64,000 bases of DNA from an uncultured Acidobacteriota bacterium (GTDB lineage Bacteria; Acidobacteriota; UBA6911; RPQK01; JAPXNP01), in assembly GCA_963777605.1 (NCBI GenBank), contig CAVZRV010000008.1, positions 128,001-192,000 on the forward strand, given 5' to 3'. The position numbers were made by a program, and so were the translations under genes. The notes under the pieces were generated by a model. That model made no database searches, was not told the origin of the DNA, and saw only the letters and a list, made by a program, of their open reading frames with translations. Each line of letters begins with the position of its first letter. Within the stretch, counting starts at the first letter, position 1. Shown here one piece after another: positions 48,626 through 58,493 of this stretch.

Positions 48626-49783
48626 TTACTCCTCGAAATCGACATTGAAGTCGATCGTCACCGGTAACCCCTCCTCCGGACTAACCTTTAAATTCTCTAC
48701 CCGGTATCGCAGTTGGACTCGCCGGGAGCCCTGCATCCCCTTTTCCCGAGCCCGGATCGGCAGGAGCGAGGTCTTTCCTGCCTCGAGCAGGACCTGTTCC
48801 GGAAAGGTCACGGAGGCATCGTCACTTTCGGCAACCAGCCTGAAGTCAGCCGCAGATGCGTTCGAAACCTGCAGATAGCGGGTGCTCCGGCCCTGCAACG
48901 CCAGAGAGTCCGTTTCGAGTTTGATCGAGTTCTCAAAGAGAGGCCGCAGGTAGGCTTCTTCCCCGATTAGCAGGTCTCCAGCATAGACAACCGTCCGACG
49001 CTGGAGCAGCGCTTCCTTGACAGACTCGACCGAGTTGTCGCGGGCGAACACCAGAGTCATGGGACGGTGGTCCCCCTCGTGAACAAGGTAGTCCAGGTTG
49101 AGGGGCGCATGAATATCTGAGTTGCTCAGCATCGTGAGTTTCTTTTCGAGGCACCAGCGGTGAACTTCCGGATAATACTCGCGGGCGTTGGCCACTTCGA
49201 TGCCGTTGAGAAGCCCCTGGGAAAGGAGTTCGTCATGCTCGGGATACCAGCGGGCTTTCCCATCCGCCTGTTGCCCCTTCCAACCCGGATGATTCCAGAA
49301 AATAAAAGCACGCTGCCGTGACGCTTCCCGCAAGGCGTCCCGCCAGTTCTCGGTATCCAGAGGATTCGAGTCCGTGATGAAGATCGCGTTCAGGTGTCCT
49401 GGCGGCATGTCGCGGGTGACTTCGGAGCCTTTTACCACGGTAATTGAAAGAATCTTTCCCTGTTCGTCCGCTATTTCATAGGAACGGTTGTGGTTAGTGG
49501 GTAAATCGCTTTTGTGCGGCTGATACTCGATATGATCGGTGATCGCGATGACGTCGAGGCCTTCCCGCCAGGCCTCTTCCGGGCGAACGTCCGGCCAAAC
49601 CTGGCCGTCCGAGAAAACCGTGTGTATGTGAAAGTCGCAACGCAGCGTCTTGTAACCAAGAATGTCGGGGAAATGTACCGGAGTCCTGACCCTCGGGTTT
49701 GGATCGTGCGCCTGGAGAGCTCCGGCAAGAGCGAAAAGCGAGAGAGTCAGCAGTACCGGAACCCAGCGATAAGACTTCTTCAT
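48626..49783 (-). CDS. Secreted PHP-domain phosphoesterase
   Basis: DFHIHTVFSDG, AITDH, GHLN, NHPGW, NSDIH. Confidence 0.85.
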   Translation of the reverse strand: MKKSYRWVPVLLTLSLFALAGALQAHDPNPRVRTPVHFPDILGYKTLRCDFHIHTVFSDGQVWPDVRPEEAWREGLDVIAITDHIEYQPHKSDLPTNHNRSYEIADEQGKILSITVVKGSEVTRDMPPGHLNAIFITDSNPLDTENWRDALREASRQRAFIFWNHPGWKGQQADGKARWYPEHDELLSQGLLNGIEVANAREYYPEVHRWCLEKKLTMLSNSDIHAPLNLDYLVHEGDHRPMTLVFARDNSVESVKEALLQRRTVVYAGDLLIGEEAYLRPLFENSIKLETDSLALQGRSTRYLQVSNASAADFRLVAESDDASVTFPEQVLLEAGKTSLLPIRAREKGMQGSRRVQLRYRVENLKVSPEEGLPVTIDFNVDFEE

Positions 49784-49825
49784 CGTTCTACTCCCGTCGA
49801 TGTCGGCATTCATGGTTGCCAGATG

Positions 49826-50590
49826 TCAGCATTCATGGTTCTCAGGGGCGAGGAATCGGTCCGCCAGGTCCTGCTCCGGGGAATCGATCTCCCGGTCTCG
49901 CCCGACGTCTGCAGAGTCGCCCTCGCCGACGACTCCACCATCCCTGAGGACCACCACCCGTTCCGCCAGTCGCCTGACTTCGCCGAGGTTGTGCGAAACC
50001 AGCAGGGTCGGGATCTTCCACTCCGCGATGGCCTTTCGGATATACGAAGTTACCCGCTCTTTGAGCAGGTCGTCCAGCCCGGTCAGCGGTTCGTCTAAGA
50101 GTAGCAGATCGGGACCACTCAAGAGCGCCCGGCCCAGCGCCACTCGTTGCTTCTCTCCGCCTGACAGGTTACGTGGGAAACGCTCCAGCGCAGGCCCAAG
50201 TTCCAGGACTTCCACCACCCTCTCGAAGTCTATCGGACTGTTTCCCCGGTGGCGCCTCTTCTTCCCAAAGTTCAGGTTTCTTTTGACCGAGAAGTGGGGA
50301 AAGAGGAACTGCTCCTGGAAAACCATTCCGACCGCCCGGAACTGGGGCGGGACGTTAACCCCGGCTTGCGTGTCGAGAAGGACACGGCCGCCCAGCTCAA
50401 CCCTGCCAATCTGCGGGAGCTTGAGACCGGAAACCACCTCCAGGATGGACGTTTTTCCGCTGCCCGAAGGCCCGTAGAGGGCCGTAACCAGGGAACTGGT
50501 TCGAAACACGACGTTGATTGCGAACCCGCCCTCGTAGCGGTGTTGGATTCGAACGTCAAGTTGATTCACGACGTGTTTGCCTGCGTTCAA
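49826..50590 (-). CDS. modC: Molybdate ABC transporter ATP-binding protein (short form; start uncertain)
   Basis: GPSGSGKT, VFQEQFLFPHFSVKRNL, LSGGEKQRVALGRAL, LLLDEP; overlaps modB. Confidence 0.9.
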   Translation of the reverse strand: MNAGKHVVNQLDVRIQHRYEGGFAINVVFRTSSLVTALYGPSGSGKTSILEVVSGLKLPQIGRVELGGRVLLDTQAGVNVPPQFRAVGMVFQEQFLFPHFSVKRNLNFGKKRRHRGNSPIDFERVVEVLELGPALERFPRNLSGGEKQRVALGRALLSGPDLLLLDEPLTGLDDLLKERVTSYIRKAIAEWKIPTLLVSHNLGEVRRLAERVVVLRDGGVVGEGDSADVGRDREIDSPEQDLADRFLAPENHEC

Positions 50591-51242
50591 GAAATTCGGT
50601 TGCGGCCAGCGTCAGGCAGGCCAGAAAGATGGAAACCAGCACAAGCCTGCCACTTCGTGACACTCCTCCGGGGCTCTGGACAAGGGAAAAGACCGCTGAG
50701 GGGATGGTTTGGGTTTTTCCGGGTATGTTGCCGGCGAGCATGATAGTTGCGCCAAATTCTCCAAGACTTCTGGCGAACGCCACAATGGCCCCGGAAAGGA
50801 CACCACGGTAGGCAAGGGGCAAACTGACTGAAATAAACGTATCGATGGGACCCGAACCGAGGGTCCGGGCAACGCCTTCGAGGCGCTGATCGACCGAGGC
50901 AAAGGAAACCCGGATGGTTCGGACCATCAATGGGAAGCTGACGACCGCTGCGGCTACCGCGGCTCCCAGCCAGGTGAAGGCGATCCGAATGCCCAGCCTC
51001 TCCTCCAGAAACCCACCCACGTACCCGTTACGGCCCAGCAACTGCAGCAACACGAATCCGGTGACAACCGGGGGTAAAACCAGGGGAAGGTTGACCAGGG
51101 TTTCGACGAGCCACTTTGCGCGACCCTGCCACCGCGCCATCACGTAGGCAAGCGGCACCGCCAGCGGGAGGCTGACCACAACTGCCCACGATGCCACCCA
51201 GAGACTCAGACGAATTGCCTGCCATTCATCGTTTGAAAACAT
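50556..51242 (-). CDS. modB: Molybdate ABC transporter permease
   Basis: LPLVLPPVVTG, FPLMVR, FARSLGEFGATIMLAGNIPGKTQT. Confidence 0.93.
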   Translation of the reverse strand: MFSNDEWQAIRLSLWVASWAVVVSLPLAVPLAYVMARWQGRAKWLVETLVNLPLVLPPVVTGFVLLQLLGRNGYVGGFLEERLGIRIAFTWLGAAVAAAVVSFPLMVRTIRVSFASVDQRLEGVARTLGSGPIDTFISVSLPLAYRGVLSGAIVAFARSLGEFGATIMLAGNIPGKTQTIPSAVFSLVQSPGGVSRSGRLVLVSIFLACLTLAATEFLERRQTRREST

Positions 51243-51417
51243 GTCCGGCCACAATCTTTTCAGAACAACTCGTCAGAACGCAATCGGGGACGTCCTGTTC
51301 TATCCGGTGCCGGGGAATTCCGGGTCATTCCAGCGCGAAGAATAGGACCGACGATCAGGCGATCCAGGCCGGCAAATCGATCGATTCCGAGGAAGCACTT
51401 CCCGAAGGGAGTCCCGG

Positions 51418-52380
51418 TCAGAATGATTCGGTCAGAAATTGGGCAGCCTCATCGAGATGATCCAGGACTAATTGCCACCCGTGGGGCCCGCCTTCGTAGA
51501 CCTTGAACTTGTGCTTGATGTCCTTGTCGGTCAGTACCTTGTCGAATGCCTTGATTCCCGCAGCCAGAGGAAAAGACCGGTTGTAGCGATCAGCCGTTCC
51601 ATACGCGAAGAAGATATCAAGACCGTCCACGTCAACTGTCTTAGCCAGATCGATGAGGCTGTTCTGGACCCAGTGCTCGTGATCGAAAGGCATTCCGTAA
51701 ATCGGAGCCAGAGCCTTGACCAGATACTGAGCCATGCGCGATTGAGAATCGCGGACGTAGACGGAAGGGTCGTCACCCGCGAATATGATCGGGGAAAACC
51801 CCAGGGCGGATGCATACAGTTCGGGATGCTTCATCGCGATTTTGAGGGCCCCATACCCTCCCATTGAAACTCCGCCGATACTTCGGTGTTTGCGATCCGG
51901 GATCGTCCGGTAGGTTTTCTCCACGTGTTCAATCAGATCCTTGACGATCATCTGCTCGAAATTGAGCGTGCCGTCGAGGTAATCGGTGTAGAAACTGTTC
52001 TCCCCGTTGGGATTGATCATGATGAACTCGGGGATCTCACCGCTTTTCTGGAGTTCCTCGATACGGGTCGGGATTCCACCGTACCGCTCGACGGTCCAGC
52101 TTGTGTGATCGTTCCAGAGGCCGTGGAGGAAGTAGACGACCGGAAACTTGCGGGAGGGGCTGTCGTCATAGCTTGGGGGGAGAAAGACGCTGTAATTGGA
52201 GTCTCTTCCGAGTGCGGGCGAGTAAAAGCTGCTGAACTTGATTCGCGCACCGCCTGGGAGCGCTCGGTCTTCCGGCTGATCAATTCTCCGGGGCCCGTCC
52301 TGAGCTCCCACTGTAAGCGGAGCGCCAACGAGCAGATTTAACAGTAGAGAAATAACCCGTATTTTGTTCACATTCTTCAT
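51418..52380 (-). CDS. Secreted alpha/beta-hydrolase esterase
   Basis: Signal peptide; FPVVYFLHG, GVSMGG (GxSxG), GPHGW. Confidence 0.88.
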   Translation of the reverse strand: MKNVNKIRVISLLLNLLVGAPLTVGAQDGPRRIDQPEDRALPGGARIKFSSFYSPALGRDSNYSVFLPPSYDDSPSRKFPVVYFLHGLWNDHTSWTVERYGGIPTRIEELQKSGEIPEFIMINPNGENSFYTDYLDGTLNFEQMIVKDLIEHVEKTYRTIPDRKHRSIGGVSMGGYGALKIAMKHPELYASALGFSPIIFAGDDPSVYVRDSQSRMAQYLVKALAPIYGMPFDHEHWVQNSLIDLAKTVDVDGLDIFFAYGTADRYNRSFPLAAGIKAFDKVLTDKDIKHKFKVYEGGPHGWQLVLDHLDEAAQFLTESF

Positions 52381-52413
52381 TATAGCGACCTCAGATGGAA
52401 CCGGACAATAAAG

Positions 52414-53517
52414 TCATTTGTCCCTGACCCCGGACCCGCCGTCATCGCCGTTTCCAGGGAGCAGCGCTGCGATCTTCCGGACATAGGCCGAAACCGGGAA
52501 CCCTTTGCTTCCTGGCACTCCCCAGTGAAATGACGCCGGGATCTTCTTGCCTTCCGGTTCGGCAACGACAGGTAGGAACCGGAGTCTCCTGAACGTGACC
52601 GAATGCCGGATCTCCTTGAGAACTCGACCGGGGCGGATCTCGATTCCGTGCTGCGAACGGACAGCAGCGGTCAGGTCATTGTCACGGAGTTTCCCTTCCA
52701 CCTTGGGAAATTCCCAGAACCCCTTCAGATAAGGGCCGTCATCGTTTCGCGTCAGAAGGAACCGGTCGCCCCGGTTGATGACCACGGAAGTGTACTCCTC
52801 AATCACCGTCCGGCTCCCCCGGGAGGGTCGCGGAACCTCCTTCTCGATACCGGCGGCACGCGCCAGGCAGGCTGCTTCGAGAGGACAGACACCGCATTCG
52901 GGGTTTCTCGGCGTGCAGACGAGGGCACCGAGTTCCATCAGACCCTGGTTGAACTCGGACACCCGTTCGGCAACAGGAGGCCGGGTGACAATTGACCCCA
53001 GGGTATTCCACAGGTTCTTCGCCGGCAGGCCCTCGCGAGCTGCAAAGTAACGCGACATCACTCGCCGAACGTTGCCGTCCACAACGGGATGGGCTTGCCC
53101 AAAAGCGATCGAAAGGATCGCTCCGGCAGAGTAACGGCCGATCCCGGGCAGCCGGAGCAGTTCATCAATTCCATCGGGGAAGACAGCGTTGTGCCGATCT
53201 CGAACCTCTTGGGCGCAGCGGTGCAAATTGCGGGCCCGGCTGTAGTACCCGAGGCCCGACCAGAGATCGAGAACCTCTCCCTCTTCCGCTCCGGCCAGAT
53301 CTTCCAGTCGGGGATAGGCGGCGAGAAAAGCATCGTAATAAGGGAGAGCAGTCTTGACCTGGGTCTGCTGGAGCATGATCTCCGAGATCCACACCCGGTA
53401 CGGTACGGGATTGCGGCGCCAAGGCAGATCCCGCTGATTGATCCGAAACCAGTCACTGATCTTGAGTGCCCACTGAACCGGGTCTTCGGGGAATCGATCG
53501 AACAGCGAGTCACTCAC
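52414..53517 (-). CDS. mutY: A/G-specific adenine glycosylase
   Basis: WISEIMLQQTQ, GLGYYSRARNL, LPGIGRYSA, VDGNV, CTPRNPECGVCPL. Confidence 0.95.
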   Translation of the reverse strand: MSDSLFDRFPEDPVQWALKISDWFRINQRDLPWRRNPVPYRVWISEIMLQQTQVKTALPYYDAFLAAYPRLEDLAGAEEGEVLDLWSGLGYYSRARNLHRCAQEVRDRHNAVFPDGIDELLRLPGIGRYSAGAILSIAFGQAHPVVDGNVRRVMSRYFAAREGLPAKNLWNTLGSIVTRPPVAERVSEFNQGLMELGALVCTPRNPECGVCPLEAACLARAAGIEKEVPRPSRGSRTVIEEYTSVVINRGDRFLLTRNDDGPYLKGFWEFPKVEGKLRDNDLTAAVRSQHGIEIRPGRVLKEIRHSVTFRRLRFLPVVAEPEGKKIPASFHWGVPGSKGFPVSAYVRKIAALLPGNGDDGGSGVRDK

Positions 53518-53703
53518 GAAGAGGATTATCGCAGGTTATTGCACCCACGTCGGCCGAGGTGACCTGGGAAAGATATCCGGGAACTTTCTTTGCGCCGTAT
53601 CCGCCCCGGGCCGCAGTGGCACCGCTGACCCGACTTTTGAAGTCGCGGGAGGCTGTATCATAGAGTCGATTCAGCCGAGATTCCGTGAAAGGTTTGTGTA
53701 CTC

Positions 53704-54612
53704 ATGGTTAGAATTCTTAAAACCCGATCCGAACTTCCGGAAATCGTCGAACAGATTACGGAAACCTATCGGGCTGATGAACTGCCCATCCATCACCTGG
53801 GTGAGACCGCGCTGCCGAGCGAACAGGCCATCATCCACATTCTCGAAAAGCTGCGTTCGGTCATCTACCCGGGATTCTTCGGGAAGGAATACGTGAGCCA
53901 GAACAGCGTGGGCTACTACATTGGCGAACTGGTTTACGAGATCCACGAAGTCCTTAGCGACGAGATTTTCAAGGCATGGCAGAGCTGCGCCGACGAGTCG
54001 GGCGAGGAAGCCTGTCACCAGAAGGCCCAGCAGGCGTCGCTTACGTTCCTCAGGAGCATTCCCCGGCTGAGACGGCTACTGGCGCTGGATGCCCAGGCGG
54101 CTTACGACGGTGACCCGGCGGCCAAGAGCATCGACGAGGTGGTGTTCAGCTACCCGGGAATGATGGCCATCACCATTCATCGGATCGCCCACGAGCTGTA
54201 CCAGCTGAAGACGCCACTCATTCCCCGGATGATGAGCGAATACGCACACCGCAAGACCGGCATTGACATCCACCCGGGCGCCCAGATCGGCGAACGGTTC
54301 TTCATCGACCACGGAACCGGTGTCGTAATTGGAGAAACGACCAGTATTGGGGACAATGTTTCCCTCTACCAGGGAGTCACTCTCGGGGCTCTGAGCTTCA
54401 AGGACGGTGCGGAAGCCATGCGCGACCGAAAGCGTCATCCCACCATTCAGGCCAACGTCGTGATTTACGCCGGAGCCACGATCCTGGGCGGCGACACGGT
54501 CATCGGAAGCGGTTCGGTGATCGGTGGAAATGTCTGGGTTATCAACTCAGTCCCTCCCGGGACGAAGGTGATGCTGGAGCTTCCCAAGCTAAAGATTCAG
54601 ATCAACAAGTAA
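53704..54612 (+). CDS. cysE: Serine O-acetyltransferase
   Basis: [38 protein letters not shown]. Confidence 0.93.
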   Translation: MVRILKTRSELPEIVEQITETYRADELPIHHLGETALPSEQAIIHILEKLRSVIYPGFFGKEYVSQNSVGYYIGELVYEIHEVLSDEIFKAWQSCADESGEEACHQKAQQASLTFLRSIPRLRRLLALDAQAAYDGDPAAKSIDEVVFSYPGMMAITIHRIAHELYQLKTPLIPRMMSEYAHRKTGIDIHPGAQIGERFFIDHGTGVVIGETTSIGDNVSLYQGVTLGALSFKDGAEAMRDRKRHPTIQANVVIYAGATILGGDTVIGSGSVIGGNVWVINSVPPGTKVMLELPKLKIQINK

Positions 54613-54634
54613 CCTGCGGCAGGGCAAACCCGGC

Positions 54635-55705
54635 ATGAACCGTTGCATCTTCCATGTCGACATGGACGCGTTCTATGCTTCGGTCGAACAGCGGGACAAT
54701 CCCGGGTACCGCGGGCGCCCCGTGGTCGTTGGCGCCGATCCCCGGGACGGTCGCGGGAGAGGCGTGGTCGCCGCCTGTTCCTACGAAGCCAGGAAGTTCG
54801 GTATCCATTCGGCGCTTCCGATCGGCCAGGCATTCCGTCTCTGTCCCGAAGCGGTCTTCGTACGGCCGGACATGTCCAAGTACAAAACTGCGAGCCGTCG
54901 GATTCACGATATCTTCCACCAGTTCTCCGATGTCGTTGAGCCCATGAGCATCGATGAAGCGTTCCTCGACATCACTTCCCGGGTGTCCGATGCCGAAGAG
55001 GCTGTGGCGCTCGCCACGGAACTGAAACGGGAGATCAACCAACGGGAACAGCTGACGGCTTCGGTCGGCATCGCTCCCAACAAGTTTATTGCCAAGATCG
55101 CGTCGGACATGAAAAAGCCCAACGGGCTGGTTCTGGTTCGGGAAGTCGAAGTTAACGAGTTTCTCGATCCCTTGCCGATCGGGAGACTTTGGGGAGTAGG
55201 TCCGAAAACCGAGGAGAAGCTGCGCGCTCTCGGGCTGGACCGAGTCAGCCAGCTCCGCCAAGTGGAACAGGCGGTTCTCGAAGCGCGGTTCGGACGGCTG
55301 GGCAGCCACTTGTGGAGACTCTCCAACGGGATTGACGAACGTCCCGTCGAAAGCTCCCGCGAAGCCAAGTCGATCAGCCAGGAGCGTACCTTCCTCGAGG
55401 ACACCAGCGACCGGATCCTGCTGGCCGAGACCCTGAAAAGGCTCTCGGACAAGGTCGGGGTGCGCCTGCGGAAGGCGGGCCTGACGGCCCGGACGGTCAC
55501 TCTAAAAATGCGCTACTCGGACTTCACGACACTGACCCGGCAGGTTCGCCTCCGAGACACTACCGATACCAGCGCCGAAATCTTCCAGATCGCCCTGCGC
55601 CTGTTCGAGCGGGAGTGGCAGGCATCCCGGAGGATTCGCCTCATCGGAGTCGGGGTCAGCGCCCTCGAGAAGCGCCCACGATGCGTACAGCTGAGGCTTT
55701 TCTGA
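54635..55705 (+). CDS. dinB: DNA polymerase IV
   Basis: HVDMDAFYASVE, SYEARKFG, SIDEAFLD, AKIASDMKKPNG, clamp-binding-like QLRLF. Confidence 0.95.
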   Translation: MNRCIFHVDMDAFYASVEQRDNPGYRGRPVVVGADPRDGRGRGVVAACSYEARKFGIHSALPIGQAFRLCPEAVFVRPDMSKYKTASRRIHDIFHQFSDVVEPMSIDEAFLDITSRVSDAEEAVALATELKREINQREQLTASVGIAPNKFIAKIASDMKKPNGLVLVREVEVNEFLDPLPIGRLWGVGPKTEEKLRALGLDRVSQLRQVEQAVLEARFGRLGSHLWRLSNGIDERPVESSREAKSISQERTFLEDTSDRILLAETLKRLSDKVGVRLRKAGLTARTVTLKMRYSDFTTLTRQVRLRDTTDTSAEIFQIALRLFEREWQASRRIRLIGVGVSALEKRPRCVQLRLF

Positions 55706-56339
55706 CTTGAAACTTCATTTGGGATGAGTTCCCGGTTCCTGGTTTCTCGTTTCTGGAGGGAAAGTAATCCAGGCATCCCTGCCTGTTATGGCGGCCGGGC
55801 AGCTTGCCCGGCGGAAGTGAACCTTCTCAATCCAGGAATCTTGATTCCCGGTTTGTTCTGAAACAGGACTGAATCGTACTTTCAGTGCCTGTAATGCGGT
55901 CTCGGCTTCCATTCCCGGGGCGTTGCCGCCGGGCTGAAAATGACCCTGCGCGCGCTCATCTGGCGATGCTTCACCAGTTTCACTCTTTGAATGGTCCGGC
56001 GCCGCCGGGGCGGGGCTAACCTGAAACTTCATTCTTGGAAGACCAGGATGAATTGGATTCGCCTGGACGGATATTCGGGCGATCGGTGGTACCCAGAAGC
56101 CATGGCTTTCGGCTGGATCCTGGATACTCCGATTTCTGAACGCGAGTGTCAGCGAGCGCGGATCCGGACGATGGTGAGTCACCGGAAGTGCTGCCGGAGG
56201 CAGGAACCGCGGGATGGAATCAAGATCCGGGATGGGCGCTGGATGAAAGTCTGGTGTCGCGCTCTCACTCGCGTTCGGAACACCGGCCGAGTGCCTGGCC
56301 CAGTTTCACTCTCTAAATGCTCTGGCGCCGCAAGTGACC
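55703..56339 (+). repeat. Modular intergenic repeat, locus B (units 55703-56016 and 56017-~56339)
   Basis: Unit 1 matches 2950-3286; junction CCAGTTTCACTC...CTAACCTGAAACTTCA at 55974-56031; start of unit 2 matches locus C unit 2; ends CCAGTTTCACTCTCTAAATG at ~56300. Confidence 0.9.
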
Positions 56340-56351
56340 GAGCGATGCAGG

Positions 56352-56445
56352 TTTTGCACGGAGTTCTGCGCAAGTGCAAACGCTGCGTCAAACCACTCGC
56401 CTGAACGCGTTTCTCCAGGGTTTTGAACGTGGCATGTTGTTTGCG
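56352..56445 (+). promoter_or_regulatory. Sigma54 promoter with candidate upstream activator site
   Basis: TGGCATGTTGTTTGC at 56430-56444; inverted repeat TTTGCAC...GTGCAAA at 56353-56380. Confidence 0.7.
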
Positions 56446-56484
56446 CAGGATTCCTCCGTTGCCAGCGAAAAGGGGGGAGATGTA

Positions 56485-57299
56485 ATGAGTTCCAAATTCA
56501 GCTTCAAATCTTTTACGACGTTCATCCTGGCCTGGACTTTTGTGGTTCTGATCCTCTCGGGAGTGATGCTTTTTGTGTCTCCACCGGGTCGAGTGGCTCA
56601 CTGGAGCAACTGGACTCTCGGCGCCTTGACAAAAGAGGGGTGGCAGGAGGTGCATGTTCTGATGGCGATCGTGTTCCTCGTCGGGGGGCTGTTCCACCTG
56701 CTCAAGTTCAACTGGAAGGTATTTACCCACTACCTGAAGCTGGCGTGCCACCGGCACGCACCATCGAAAGGAAGCCTGCTCTCGCTGGGACTTTTGTTGT
56801 TGTCCTCGGCGGGACCCTGTACGGACTTCCGCCGTTCTCATGGGTCACAAACTGGGGAGAGACGGTAAAGTCATCCTGGGAGGAGCCGGGTCTTGCCCCA
56901 CCGGCCCCCCATTTCGAACTCGAGAACCTTGGAACGGCGGCACAGTCGCTTGGGTTGGAACTCCGAGGCGCGAACACTCTTACAGAATCGAAATCTGGTT
57001 GTTGAGACTCCGGCTCAAAGTCTCAAGTCATCGGAGATTCCGACGGGATCTGACCGCAGGATATTTACAGAGAGCTGATCTCCGGATCGGGCAAACGGCC
57101 GCCACAGGCGCTCAACGCCCCCGGTCTGGGGCGAAGATCCCTAAATCAGGTGGCCGCCCAAATGGGAGTCCCCGTCGATACGCTGATCGCACGACTTGCC
57201 GGCTGGGGTGTCGTTGCCACTCCGGAACCGACAATGAAAGATGTCGCGGACGGAATGGACATTTCTCCCCACGACTTGCTGACGCTACTCCAGCAGTAG
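56485..57299 (+). pseudogene. DUF4405-like membrane protein with several frameshifts (pseudogene or sequence error)
   Basis: SGVMLFVSPPGRVAHW, WQEVH, FHLLKFNW; continues in other frames as GTLYGLPPFSWV...PPAPHFEL and TMKDVADGMDISPHDLL. Confidence 0.7.
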
Positions 57300-58424
57300 A
57301 AGTCCCGGGGTCTCGAGCAGTCGAATGACGTGGTGGATGAACTGGGCTGCCACCAGTCCGTCCACCACCCTGTGGTCCAGGGTTATAGACAGGTTCATCA
57401 TGTCACGAACGACGATTCCGCCGTCCCTGACCACCGGCCGTTTGGCGATCTTGTGAACCCCCAGAATCCCCACTTCGGGGAAGTTGATTACGGGTGTAGC
57501 GGCGAGTCCCCCGAGAGGCCCAAGGCTCGTAACGGTAAAGGTGCCTCCCTTGAGGTCTTCGAGCGCAACCTTTCCCGATCTTGCGGCATCAGTCAACCGC
57601 GTGATCTCGTCGGCGAGTTCGTGAATGGACTTTCCCTCCACTTCTTTCACGACCGGGACGATCAACCCTTCAGACGTAGCGGTGGCGATGCCGATATTGT
57701 GTTTCTTCTGGATCTGGATCTCCCCCTTGTCCTCGTCGAGAATCGCGTTGACCAGGGGGAACCGGCTCAAGCCGGACACCACGGCGATGAGAATCAGGGG
57801 CAGGTAGGTCATCCGGTGATCGGGATGGGACTCCACGTAGCGCTCCCTCAGTCGGACCAGTTCAGTGGCGTCACACTCTTCGATGTAGGTAAAGTGCACG
57901 GCCGATCGCTTGGCCAGGCTGAGGTGGTCTCCGATCTTACGCCTTAAACCCCGGTAGGGAAGCGCTTCGTAATCAGTCTCGACCTCCCGGGCCCCCTTTT
58001 TCGGGGCCTTCAAGCTCTCTGAATGCCGCTCCACATCGTCCGAGGTGATCCGCCCTCCCGGGCCGGTCCCCTCGACCTTGGCCAGTTTTATGCCAACCGA
58101 ACGGGCCAGCTTTCTCACCGCCGGAGTTGCCAGCACCTGATCGCCCGTCTCCGGGCCCGAAGCTGTTTCGGCACTTTCCGCGGCCGCTTCCACCGTAATC
58201 ACCACCAGGGTATCGCCGACTTCGACCGTACCGCCTTCCTCTCCCCGGCACTCCTCAATGCGGCCTGAAACCGGAGAAGGAATCTCGACGGTAGCCTTGT
58301 CAGTCATGATCTCAACCATCGGTTGGTCTTCCTTGACCATCGCGCCAGGCTTAACCAGCCACTGGACGATTTCCCCTTCGACAACGCCTTCGCCTACATC
58401 CGGAAGCTTGAATTCATAGATCAT
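57285..58424 (-). CDS. 2-oxoacid dehydrogenase E2 (dihydrolipoamide acyltransferase)
   Basis: Lipoyl motif EIMTDKA, ATPAVRKLA, GTGPGGRI, DHRVVDG. Confidence 0.93.
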   Translation of the reverse strand: MIYEFKLPDVGEGVVEGEIVQWLVKPGAMVKEDQPMVEIMTDKATVEIPSPVSGRIEECRGEEGGTVEVGDTLVVITVEAAAESAETASGPETGDQVLATPAVRKLARSVGIKLAKVEGTGPGGRITSDDVERHSESLKAPKKGAREVETDYEALPYRGLRRKIGDHLSLAKRSAVHFTYIEECDATELVRLRERYVESHPDHRMTYLPLILIAVVSGLSRFPLVNAILDEDKGEIQIQKKHNIGIATATSEGLIVPVVKEVEGKSIHELADEITRLTDAARSGKVALEDLKGGTFTVTSLGPLGGLAATPVINFPEVGILGVHKIAKRPVVRDGGIVVRDMMNLSITLDHRVVDGLVAAQFIHHVIRLLETPGLLLLE

Positions 58425-58493
58425 CGCTGCTTCTCCAGCCCGCACTCGGGAACCATTCTTGATTCGGCAGAGGACTCGGTTACCCAGGGGCAT

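Noticed and set aside
51255-51417. Moco riboswitch or ModE box upstream of modB
   Set aside because: No recognisable consensus.
55703-56339. Repeat loci as a CRISPR array or integron attC sites
   Set aside because: Units are long, variable and homologous between loci. There are no cas or intI genes and no RYYYAAC/GTTRRRY boxes.
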